A stretch of DNA of 58,220 nucleotides from Acidobacteriaceae bacterium (GTDB lineage: Bacteria > Acidobacteriota > Terriglobia > Bryobacterales > Bryobacteraceae). Below the pieces are notes generated by a model, which ran no database searches, was not told the DNA's origin, and worked only from the letters and a program-made list of their open reading frames with translations. The position numbers and the translations under genes are program-made. The first letter of the stretch is position 1. Each line of letters opens with the position of its first letter. This document shows positions 9,274 to 18,050 of this stretch, in pieces. The stretch covers positions 1 to 58,220 of the forward strand of contig JAFARV010000676.1 in assembly GCA_019245255.1 (NCBI GenBank). Direction: 5' to 3'.

Positions 9274-9944
9274 TTATCGGGGTACTGCACCCGGGTATCG
9301 GCGCAAGAATGCGGCCTTAGCCGATTCGGTCCATGTCCATTGTAACGATTCATCGTTAGTCAGCTTGCCGTCTAGGCCATATTCATTGCGAATGTGACTC
9401 GCGACGAGCGAGTCCATCTCCGCAAACGGGAAGAAACGCCTGTTTCCAATGTCATACGCGATCCTTATTTCAGGCGTCCCCGAGGCGAAGATGGCAACAT
9501 TTCTTTCGCTTGAGCTCCATACGACGATTGCGAAATTAAGAAAGACGTCGGCCCTGCACTCATACAGTATCCGCTCCGGATGTTGCCTGGATTAATCGCA
9601 ACGTATGCTGCGCTAGCGGCGACCTTCCCTCCGGTTATAACACTCGTAAAGCCCATCGGAAACTGGGCCGGTGTTAAAAGTTGAAGGGCCCCCCTCAACT
9701 GTTGATTAGCAGAACTCTGGCCTTCCAAGTGGTCCGCGACCGTCTCGACGTAGTTAGCTAAAGCTTGGCAGTCAGTCTCCTGCCCCGATTTGACGAGCCT
9801 AATTAAGTTGTCTCGCAAAATAGTCCTCTGTTGCGGTGTGAGTGGTAGAGGGTCTCTTGGAGCTGGGGGCTGGTGCGCCGCCCGGGGCACCAGATGGAAC
9901 GAGGAGTACAGCACAATCGAAATAGGACGATGTCGTGACTCCAC
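9274..9944 (-). other. unresolved tip/immunity region downstream of the rhs core end
   Basis: ORF 9465..9944 and a start-less protein-like frame (ILYECRADVFLNFAIVVWSS...AKAAFLRRY, stop at 9274) overlap by about 125 nt. At least one frameshift is implied and the function is unknown. Confidence 0.3.
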
Positions 9945-11515
9945 CCGCTGTGACCGATCCCCAACAGGTCGAAATGATTGATGGGATCACCACCCGAACA
10001 TATATACCGGTTCCAAGTTGCTGGGTCACCCGGATTTATCTTCGACGTTGGTGTCGCCTGATATGGATCCTGGGTCATGAAGCGAACAATCCCAGAGCTG
10101 TAATACCGCTGATAAGCATAGTCCAGTCCCGTTGCCGAATCCCGCGTGTAAGTCGCGAACTTTTCCTGATCATTCGAGGGATTAGCCGGATTCGGGTTGT
10201 AGCGGTTTTTCCCTTTAGGGGAAGTACTTGGCTCGGGATTGCAAGCGGTCTTCCGGCGTGAGCAGGCGGCCGGCGAACCAGATATCGTGGTTGTGCAACC
10301 GACTGTTACCGTTCCGAATTCTGGATCGAGTAAACAGCCAGTTTCTTGCCATCAATCCCGTAGAAGTAGAGCTGCTCATTCGAGTAAGTCTGCGTTGAGG
10401 CGTTGTAAGTCCCTTGATAGATCCGCTGGTTTGACGAATCGTAGCCATACAGCGCCTGATTGCCACCTGGCGCAGGCACGGCAACAGTCATCCGATTCTC
10501 GATGTCGTAGCTGTACGCAGCGGCGAAGGAGCCCGTTCCGAGAGCCGTCAGGTTGCCGTTGTTGTCGTACTGCGCTCCGTTGGCGTTCAGGCGGTTAGTT
10601 GTCGGATCGGTACTCAGCGCGGTATTGCTGGGTGCGGCTGCGCCGATTTTCTGGATCAGATTTCCGAAACCGTCATAGCTGAACTGCTGACTCCAGTTAC
10701 CGGTCGGGTCGCCGGTGCCGTTTGCCTGAATCAACCGACTGAGCGAGTCGTACGAATAGGTAATGGTTTCCCCGCTCACCACGTCCGTTTGCGACAGAAT
10801 GCGCCCGTTGTTCTGCGTCGCCGAGTAGTTGTACTTGAAGTGAACATTGGCGCCCGACACCAACTCGGTCATCTGCAGATTCGCATTGTAGGAACGCGTC
10901 TCGGTGAAGGCTGCCGCGTTAAGTTGGAGCATCTGATTTGCCGGACCGTAACTGACCCCGCTCACCAGCGTTTGACTGTTCGGACCGTTCATGGTGTTCA
11001 GCCGGTACATGGCATCGTATCCATAAGTGTATTGCGGGCCGGCCGTGGTCACCGCCCCGTTCTGCCACTGCGCAAACGGGTACTGCACGCCGGTGACGGC
11101 GCCGGTGCTGTCGTAGGCGTAGTCGGCTTCGAGATTGGGCGAGTACGAGCCCAACGCCGGGCCCGAAACATTCAGCCGCTTGGCCGTAACGCCGCCCGCG
11201 GCATGATAGCTGTAGAGTTCCGCAAACTGCAGGCTGTGCGGGCCTGAATACTGCACCTCAGACACGCGTCCCGCGGTGTTCGATGAGAACCCGCCGTTCG
11301 TGCCGTCGTAGGTGAGCGTGGTCCGCTGCGTCACATCCTCATTGAATGTGCCGTTCACCAGTTTTCCGCGCGAGATCTGGATCAGCCGGCCATAGATGTC
11401 ATAGCTGTATTGAACCTGCTGCGACTTCGCATCGGTCTTAGTCGCGAGCGTACCGTCGCTGTTATAGGTGTAGCTGGTGGCGATGTTTCCGGCGTAGCTG
11501 CGCTGCTTACCAGAT
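9945..11515 (-). pseudogene. RHS/YD-repeat core fragment, 5'-truncated with at least two frameshifts
   Basis: YD repeats (YSYDIYGRL, YGYDAMYRL, YSYDSLSRL, FSYDGFGNL, YSYDIENRM). Frame changes near 10310 and 10215. Core end is ...QEKFATYTRDSATGLDYAYQRYYSSGIVRFMTQDPY...WNRYICSGGDPINHFDLLG. No N-terminal domain is present. Confidence 0.75.
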
Positions 11516-11761
11516 GACCCGAAGACCGCGGTATTTCTTGAACTCGCGGTCCGTCGCCACGCGCGGAACATCCTCCTTAAGCGCTGTTGCAATGAGCAGC
11601 CGGTCGAATGGGTCGTTGTGATGCCGTGGAAGCCCGAATGTGCGATATGCGTGAAAGGCTGTTAAGGGAACGATCGTCAGATGCAGATCCCGGCGGCGAC
11701 ATACAATGCGGTCGTGTCCAGGAGAATGCGCCGCATCAATAACGGCCAGCGATAAAGTCAT
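11507..11761 (-). pseudogene. vapC: PIN-domain VapC remnant (C-terminal two-thirds only)
   Basis: 84 aa ending HHNDPFDRLLIATALKEDVPRVATDREFKKY. The N-terminal acidic catalytic residues are missing, and a stop lies 5 codons upstream of the Met. Confidence 0.6.
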
Positions 11762-11990
11762 CGACTTCTTGGTCCGTCATGGGCCGGGTCGCTTCACGAA
11801 ATTGCTCCGGCGTCATGTGCACAATACCCCGCAACGTGCCGAACTTCGGCGCGGGGCGCTCTTCGTTATTCGCAGGGACAATGGTAATGACTGGCTGTCC
11901 GCGGCGGCAAATCGCTACGCGCTCACCCTTCTCGACCAGTGCAATGAGCTGGGTGAGCTTATTTTTTGCTTCCGCCACACTGACCTTCAC
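11736..11990 (-). CDS. Phd/YefM-family antitoxin
   Basis: GTG start at 11990 gives (M)KVSVAEAKNKLTQLIALVEKGERVAICRRGQPV. The long N-terminal extension in the track ORF looks non-coding. Confidence 0.7.
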   Translation of the reverse strand: MKVSVAEAKNKLTQLIALVEKGERVAICRRGQPVITIVPANNEERPAPKFGTLRGIVHMTPEQFREATRPMTDQEVDDFIAGRY

Positions 11991-12152
11991 AACCTCATCA
12001 TAGCTATGTAAATGGCTATCAAGTGGCGCCTTCAATGACAACGGCCGCCTGTGGCCGCGAGTGCGTGAAGAGCGCCCCGAACTTCGCTGAACCGATTCGG
12101 GGCACCAGCAGGTAGCACGCCGGGTTGTGCTTACGACGGATAATCGTCTTGC

Positions 12153-13262
12153 ATGTTTAAGAAGCTCTGGGACGCAGCTCTGAAGAGAATGCACAGGTGG
12201 GCGAGCTGTGAACTTGCGGGCCTCAATCGGTTGCCTCCCACGCTTGTTAACGAAAACCAACCTGCGAACACTATCGCGGGTGAACCCTCGGATTATGAGC
12301 AGCGGATTGAGCAGGAAAAGGCTAGTTATAGAGACTGTCTGAATGTGCATGACCTCCCAAGGATCGCGGCGTATTGGCATGAGCGCCACCTTCTGCCTAA
12401 GTTTCAACACTTCGGCATTACTCATCCGGGCGAAATCTTTGAAGTGGAAATATCGAAACGATGCGCCTCAAACGCAAATGTTAATCAGGTCCTGAGCATC
12501 GGATCGGGCAATTGCGATCTCGAGGTAAAGCTCGCAGCATTTCTGAAGAGTCACGGACATTCGAACTTTTTAATCGAGTGTCTGGATCTAAATCCGGCTA
12601 TGCTGGCGCGTGGTGCGGTTTTAGCTGGAGAGTACAACGTCTCTGAGCACATTCGACTTACAGAATGTGACTTCAACGATTGGCAGCCCGAACAGGAATA
12701 CGATGTCATTGTTGCGAGCCAATCTCTTCACCATGTCGTGAAATTGGAAGCTCTACTCGATGGAGCGAAGCGTTCTCTGAAGCACGATGGCTATTTCTTG
12801 GTTTCGGACATGATAGGCCGTAATGGTCATATGCGCTGGCCGGAGGCTCTGGAGATCGTCCACGAATTTTGGCGGCAACTCCCCGGCGGCTACAGATATA
12901 ATCACCAGCTTCGCCGTTATGAGGATCTCTTTGAGAATTGGGATTGCTCACAGGAGGGTTTCGAAGGAATACGCTCGCAGGATATACTTCCTCTTTTGAT
13001 CGAGCGCTTTCAATTTGAAATGTTTCTTGCGTTCGGAAATGTGATCGATCCTTTTGTTGACCGCTCATTCGGCCACAATTTCCGGCCGGAGACGGACTGG
13101 GACCGGAATTTTATCGATCGCGTTAACGAGCGAGACGAAGCGGAGTTGACGTCGGGTACAATCAAGCCGACCCATCTTGTCGCGGTTATGCGCCGGTCGG
13201 TTGTAGGGCCGATGAGGTACTTACCTCCGATGACGCCTGAGTTCGCACTGCGACGCACCTGA
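12153..13262 (+). CDS. class I SAM-dependent methyltransferase
   Basis: 369 aa. Motif I-like VLSIGSGNCDLE and post-I/II-like DVIVASQSLHHV. Confidence 0.75.
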   Translation: MFKKLWDAALKRMHRWASCELAGLNRLPPTLVNENQPANTIAGEPSDYEQRIEQEKASYRDCLNVHDLPRIAAYWHERHLLPKFQHFGITHPGEIFEVEISKRCASNANVNQVLSIGSGNCDLEVKLAAFLKSHGHSNFLIECLDLNPAMLARGAVLAGEYNVSEHIRLTECDFNDWQPEQEYDVIVASQSLHHVVKLEALLDGAKRSLKHDGYFLVSDMIGRNGHMRWPEALEIVHEFWRQLPGGYRYNHQLRRYEDLFENWDCSQEGFEGIRSQDILPLLIERFQFEMFLAFGNVIDPFVDRSFGHNFRPETDWDRNFIDRVNERDEAELTSGTIKPTHLVAVMRRSVVGPMRYLPPMTPEFALRRT

Positions 13263-13691
13263 CCTATTTGTCGCAACGGGGAGCTTTGATGGACGCTGCG
13301 GACTGCAGTCTCTTCAGTTCATCCACGAACCGTTCACACGGCCGGACTTCCCTGCCCTGCGCCCTGTGAACGCCAGATGCGCGAGCAACGAACCGTATAC
13401 CTCATCGCCAAACGGCTGATCGGTGGTTCTAAGCTCGCCGGCAATCTCGGCCAATAGCTCCAGACGCTCCTGCTCGCCGGCGTCCGCCTCACTCGCGGTG
13501 CCGACACGCTCGAGTTCTTGATCGAGCCGGTTCTTATCGCGGCTTTGCCACGCTCCAAGAATCGCTCTCGCTTGATACGCCGAACCGGAGAATTGAGCCT
13601 GCATTGTCGTCAATACTCTTTTCGGCCACTTGGCGGAATATTCCGGACTGGAACAAGACGGCAGATCAACCGATACGACAGTCAAGCCGAC

Positions 13692-14534
13692 ATGCCACCC
13701 CAAATGCCGACACGCCGCTTTGATCCCACGTTCGTCGTTGGACTGGCGATTGCTGCTCTATGTATTTTGGGCGGCCTGATCCTCGAGCGAGGAGAAGTAA
13801 GAGACGTCACTCAAGTGACGGCAGCCCTGATCGTTTTCGGCGGCACCATCGGCGCTGTCGTGGTCAGCACACCGCAGGCTGTTCTCATGAGTGCATTAAG
13901 GCGTGCGCCTTCGGTGCTGTGGAATAACGCCGAAGATCCTGCGCAGCTGCAGGAAAAATTGATCTCATGGGCCATCACGGCCAGGCGTTCCGGATTACAG
14001 GAGCTCGACTCGGTGGTGGAGGAGATCGAAGACCGGTTTTTGAAAAAAGCCATCATGTTGCTGGTCGACGGCTTCAGTGCAGACGAGATCCGGCTGCTTC
14101 TCGAAACCGACATGGACCTCTCGGACCGCCAGGCCGATAGCGACGCCAAGGTATTCGATGCGGCGGGCGGTTATGCGCCAACCATCGGCATTATCGGCGC
14201 GGTCCTGGGGTTGATTCAGGTGATGAAGCACCTGGACAACATGTCGGAGGTCGGGCGCGGCATCGCTGTGGCCTTTGTTGCTACGGTCTACGGAGTCAGC
14301 GCCGCAAACCTGCTTTTTCTGCCGATGGGCAGCAAGATCCGCAATCAGGCGCGCGCCGCAACGAGAACCCAGGAGATGATTATCGAGGCCGTTACGGCGA
14401 TACAGGAAGGCAAGAACCCGCGAGTGATCCGGCAACTGCTCGATCCCTTTGTAGGTGACGCTAAAGCTCCTAAGAAGGTGGCCGAAGCCGCTGGAAACGC
14501 GCCCGGTTACGCCGAGACCAGAAAGGCAAGCTAA
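13692..14534 (+). CDS. motA: flagellar stator protein MotA, pair 1
   Basis: Trimmed to the ATG at 13692. MotA/TolQ/ExbB channel core APTIGIIGAVLGLIQVM...AVAFVATVYGVSAANLLFLP. Confidence 0.85.
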   Translation: MPPQMPTRRFDPTFVVGLAIAALCILGGLILERGEVRDVTQVTAALIVFGGTIGAVVVSTPQAVLMSALRRAPSVLWNNAEDPAQLQEKLISWAITARRSGLQELDSVVEEIEDRFLKKAIMLLVDGFSADEIRLLLETDMDLSDRQADSDAKVFDAAGGYAPTIGIIGAVLGLIQVMKHLDNMSEVGRGIAVAFVATVYGVSAANLLFLPMGSKIRNQARAATRTQEMIIEAVTAIQEGKNPRVIRQLLDPFVGDAKAPKKVAEAAGNAPGYAETRKAS

Positions 14535-14536
14535 GA

Positions 14537-15334
14537 ATGGCGAAGCGACGCAAACACGAAGAGCACCCCAATCATGAGCGTTGGATGGTCTCTTATGCCG
14601 ACTTCGTCACGCTGATGTTCGCACTGTTTGTGGCGATGTATGCCATCGCTCTGAAGGACCATACGAGCGGCAAACGGGTGGCCGAGTCGGTGCGGCAAGC
14701 GGTTGCCACGGGCGGTCTTGCCAGCACCGTGCGCGTGTTTTTGGCGAAGGATCCGTCGGCCAAAAATGGCGCGAGTGCCGGAACCGCGAAGAAGGATATA
14801 CAGACCGCTAAGGGAGATCCACCCGCGCCGCCTGTGCCTAAGGTGGATCCGAGTCTTCTCGAACCATTCCGCCGTCTGAAGGAACAGCTCAAAAAGCAGG
14901 TGGATGCCGGCGCCATCGGCTTGCACCTCGAAGCCCGTGGATTGGTGATTACGCTCGAAGAAAAGGCCTTCTTTGCTTCGGGCGATGACGACATCTATCC
15001 ACAGGCATATCCAAGCATTGAGCGGGTCGCCAGTATCGTGGGCGAGTTGCCCAATGCAGTCCGCCTCGAAGGGCATACCGACTCGATCCCAATCCACACC
15101 GCACGCTTCAAAAATAACTGGGAACTGTCGACCGCCCGCAGCATTGCTCTCCTGCAATTGTTTGAGACCAAGTATGGCCTCGATCCGAAGCGCTTCGCCG
15201 TGGCGGGTTACGCTCAGAATCTGCCGATCGCTTCCAACGACACCGAAGAAGGCCGCACCCGCAACCGGCGTGTCGAAATCGTGATCCTCGGCCGCCAAAA
15301 CGCGCCTACAACGGAAGCCACCGGCAGCCACTGA
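14537..15334 (+). CDS. motB: flagellar stator protein MotB, pair 1 (OmpA-like)
   Basis: HERWMVSYADFVTLMFALF plug/TM segment with the conserved Asp. C-terminal OmpA motif NWELSTARS...NRRVEIVI. Confidence 0.9.
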   Translation: MAKRRKHEEHPNHERWMVSYADFVTLMFALFVAMYAIALKDHTSGKRVAESVRQAVATGGLASTVRVFLAKDPSAKNGASAGTAKKDIQTAKGDPPAPPVPKVDPSLLEPFRRLKEQLKKQVDAGAIGLHLEARGLVITLEEKAFFASGDDDIYPQAYPSIERVASIVGELPNAVRLEGHTDSIPIHTARFKNNWELSTARSIALLQLFETKYGLDPKRFAVAGYAQNLPIASNDTEEGRTRNRRVEIVILGRQNAPTTEATGSH

Positions 15335-15430
15335 CGAACCGCGCAAACCGGTCGTATCCGCCCTTTGCGCTACTGACCAGAAATCAACGCCGGCCGTCAA
15401 TATCCCGACGCCCGGAATCAGATCAACAGC

Positions 15431-15468
15431 AGCTAACAGCTAAAAGCTGACAGCTAACGGCTAAAAGC
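15431..15468 (+). repeat. tandem 17-mer (agctaacRgctaaaagc) x2, phased 21 nt apart
   Basis: 15431-15447 and 15452-15468 differ at one base. The repeat lies 43-80 nt upstream of the fliW ATG. Confidence 0.7.
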
Positions 15469-15510
15469 CTAATGGCCCCCGACGTGCATTCCTTGCCATA
15501 ACTGAAACGC

Positions 15511-15969
15511 ATGCCCACTTGCCAGACCAAATTCCATGGCCCGATCGCTTACGAGCCGGATCAGGTGCTGAAAGTGCCTGCAGGACTGTTTGGGTTTGCG
15601 GGGGAGACGGAATTTCTTCTGCTCGAACTGCCGTCTGCGAGACCGATCGCATTTGTGCAAAGCGTTCACACGCCGGCGCTGTGTTTCATTAGCCTGCCGG
15701 CGCAAGTGGTAGATCCCGCTTACCGTTTGGCACTCAAAGCCGAAGATATCAAGGCGCTGGGATACACCCCGGATGCGCCTCCGGCCATGGGCAAAGAGGT
15801 TCTTTGCCTCGCGCTGCTGATGGTGGAGCCGGAACAGCCGACTACTGCCAACCTGCTCGCGCCCCTGATCATCGATATTGCCCGCCACCGCGGACGTCAG
15901 GTCATCGTAAACGCGCCCTACTCGCATCGGAGTCCGGTGGCGCCGGAAGGATTGAAGAGGGCGTGTTAA
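15511..15969 (+). CDS. fliW: flagellar assembly factor FliW
   Basis: 152 aa. FHGPIAYEPDQVLKVPAGLFGF...NLLAPLIID pattern. Directly upstream of csrA and overlapping it. Confidence 0.85.
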   Translation: MPTCQTKFHGPIAYEPDQVLKVPAGLFGFAGETEFLLLELPSARPIAFVQSVHTPALCFISLPAQVVDPAYRLALKAEDIKALGYTPDAPPAMGKEVLCLALLMVEPEQPTTANLLAPLIIDIARHRGRQVIVNAPYSHRSPVAPEGLKRAC

Positions 15970-16253
15970 TCAGCCGCAGAAGAGAAGGTGAGGGATTGCT
16001 GATCGGCGATGGCGTCGAAATCCGTGTCATCAGCGTGCGAAGGAAGAAAGTGATCCTCGGTATCCTTGCGCCCCGCGAGGTGAAGATCACGCCTACCAAG
16101 CTGAGCGATGCCGAGCTGGCAAACACAATCGCTGCGGCGAATTCCGTCAGTCTGTCCGATCTGCTGCTGCAGCCTCCGGGGGAAGGCGAGCATGTTCTTT
16201 TTCTCTTGCAATCGGCTGAAGCGGCCGATAAGAAATCTGGGAAACCAGAATGA
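15963..16253 (+). CDS. csrA: carbon storage regulator CsrA, with a roughly 45-aa C-terminal extension
   Basis: GTG at 15963 gives (M)LISRRREGEGLLIGDGVEIRVISVRRKKVILGILAPREVKI. Overlaps the fliW stop and the fliD start (ATGA). Confidence 0.8.
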   Translation: MLISRRREGEGLLIGDGVEIRVISVRRKKVILGILAPREVKITPTKLSDAELANTIAAANSVSLSDLLLQPPGEGEHVLFLLQSAEAADKKSGKPE

Positions 16254-17653
16254 GCAGCTCGAGCACATCCAGCGCCTCCTTCGCGCCGCTACAATTTACC
16301 GGCATCAGCCAGTATTCCAGCGACTTCCAGCAGATTCTAAGTCGCGCGGTCAGCATTGCGCAAATTCCGGTCATGCAGCTCACGAATGAGCAAACGCAGA
16401 TCGATACGGAAGAAACGGATCTTGGAAATCTGAATACCGCGGTGGCAGCCGTGGGCAGCGCTCTCCAGACACTTGGCAACCTCGGGTCCGGAGGGGCGCT
16501 TTCCGCAACAACTTCGGATTCGAATGTCGTGACGGCCACTGCCACCGGCGCAACGGCTCCGGCATCGTACACCATCTCGAACGTGTCTTCGATTGCCACG
16601 GCCGCCTCGGAAACTTCAACGACCGGATACCCGGACGGCACGACCACCGCGGTATCGGCGACGGGAACAATGAAGCTCGTGTATGGGAGCAATTCGTACA
16701 CGATCACTCTCGGAACAGGTCAAAACAATCTCAATGGACTGAGGGACGCGATAAACAACTTGGGAGCCGGCGTTACCGCTTCCGTGCTTACGACGGGCGG
16801 AACGAACGGGGACTATCTGTCAGTATCGGCGAATAGTCCCGGGGCGACTACGCTTCAGCTAATCGATAATCCGAGCGGTACGGCAAACAATGTTTTGACC
16901 TCGTCAAACCAGGGCAAGAACACCAATTTCAATCTGAACGGAATTCCGATCTCGACTCCGGGAACTACGGTGAACAGCGTGATTCCGGGTGTGACGCTGA
17001 ATTTCACAGGGACCACTTCTGCGAATGAAAATGTGAACGTAAACGTCGCCACCAACCCGTCGCAGATTTCCTCGGCGTTGCAGACTCTGGTCAGCTCTTA
17101 TAACACTCTGCAAACGCAAATGAATTCCCAGTTCGGCACCACGGCCGGATCGCTTCAGGGCAACAACATTCTCACGCAGATTCAAGCGGCCATGTCGTCA
17201 ATCGTTCAGTATCAGGGCAGCGGCAGCATGCCGAACCTGACTTCTCTGGGCATTGAGATGAGCCAAACGGGACAGATGTCGTTGAATCAGACCACCTTCA
17301 ACAGCCTGTCCGACAGCCAGATCTCCTCCGCATTATCGTTACTCGGTTCGAGCACCACCGGCGTGGGTGGAATTCAGAGTGCATTTAACCAGATCACCGA
17401 TCCCATAACCGGCAGCATCACGGCGCAAACAACGGATTGGAATACCATGTCGCAAAACCTGGCCAGCCAAATCGCTACCAAAAATGCGAGCATTCAACAG
17501 ACGCAAACGTCGGTGAACCAGAGGTTACAGGCCGCCGACGCGATGATCGCTCAGCTCACTTCGCAACAATCGATTCTGACTGCCAGCATCACCAGCCTCA
17601 GCTACGTCGATTACGGCTATAACTCGAATTCAAGCACGACCAATAGCATGTGA
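16250..17653 (+). CDS. fliD: flagellar filament cap protein FliD
   Basis: 467 aa. N-terminus FTGISQYSSDFQQILSRAVSIAQIPV. Central IN-like module LNGLRDAINNLGAGVTASV. C-terminal coiled region. Confidence 0.9.
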   Translation: MSSSSTSSASFAPLQFTGISQYSSDFQQILSRAVSIAQIPVMQLTNEQTQIDTEETDLGNLNTAVAAVGSALQTLGNLGSGGALSATTSDSNVVTATATGATAPASYTISNVSSIATAASETSTTGYPDGTTTAVSATGTMKLVYGSNSYTITLGTGQNNLNGLRDAINNLGAGVTASVLTTGGTNGDYLSVSANSPGATTLQLIDNPSGTANNVLTSSNQGKNTNFNLNGIPISTPGTTVNSVIPGVTLNFTGTTSANENVNVNVATNPSQISSALQTLVSSYNTLQTQMNSQFGTTAGSLQGNNILTQIQAAMSSIVQYQGSGSMPNLTSLGIEMSQTGQMSLNQTTFNSLSDSQISSALSLLGSSTTGVGGIQSAFNQITDPITGSITAQTTDWNTMSQNLASQIATKNASIQQTQTSVNQRLQAADAMIAQLTSQQSILTASITSLSYVDYGYNSNSSTTNSM

Positions 17654-18015
17654 TGAAAACCGTTGACGAGCTGCTGACGCGCCTGGAAGAGGTGAGCGCA
17701 CGCGCTGTAGAGATCACCGGCACAACCACTGAGCCGTTCGATTGTGCCGCTGCGTTGCCGCTTATCGAAGAACGAGACGCATTGCTTACAGAACTGAATG
17801 ATGTGCTGCAAACATCGCAACCCCTCTCGTACATCGAATGGAACCGGCTGGTAATTATCCATTTCCAGGGCAATCGCATTCTGGAGAATCTGCTCGGGTT
17901 CCGCTCGCAAGCAGCGGTTGCATGGGCTGATAATGCGCGCGCGCAAGCGTTCATCCAGCGTGTCAGCAGCACCGTCAGACAACCCTGGGCAGAGCACCTA
18001 TCCGAAACGGCATAA
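17650..18015 (+). CDS. hypothetical helical protein in the fliT/chaperone position
   Basis: 121-aa ORF translationally coupled to fliD. Predicted helical with no recognisable motif. The call rests on position only. Confidence 0.45.
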   Translation: MMKTVDELLTRLEEVSARAVEITGTTTEPFDCAAALPLIEERDALLTELNDVLQTSQPLSYIEWNRLVIIHFQGNRILENLLGFRSQAAVAWADNARAQAFIQRVSSTVRQPWAEHLSETA

Positions 18016-18050
18016 GTGGCCGTCTGCGTGCTCAAGAGTACGCAGACCCT

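Noticed and set aside
7263-11515. Sequencing or assembly indel errors as the cause of the many frameshifts
   Set aside because: About 30 flagellar ORFs covering roughly 30 kb show no frameshift, while the defects cluster in rhs, toxin-antitoxin and HNH genes. Random indel noise would not be so selective. This cannot be fully excluded without reads.
11991-12425. N-terminal 145 codons of track ORF 11736..12425
   Set aside because: Only the last 84 codons (from the GTG at 11990) look like a Phd/YefM antitoxin. The upstream part is Arg/Ser-rich and overlaps the start of the methyltransferase gene on the other strand.
13314-13703. 129-aa minus-strand ORF upstream of motA1
   Set aside because: It has no motif and an uncertain start (13703 or 13604), and it overlaps the motA1 start region. 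I cannot separate a real small gene from chance and left it unannotated.
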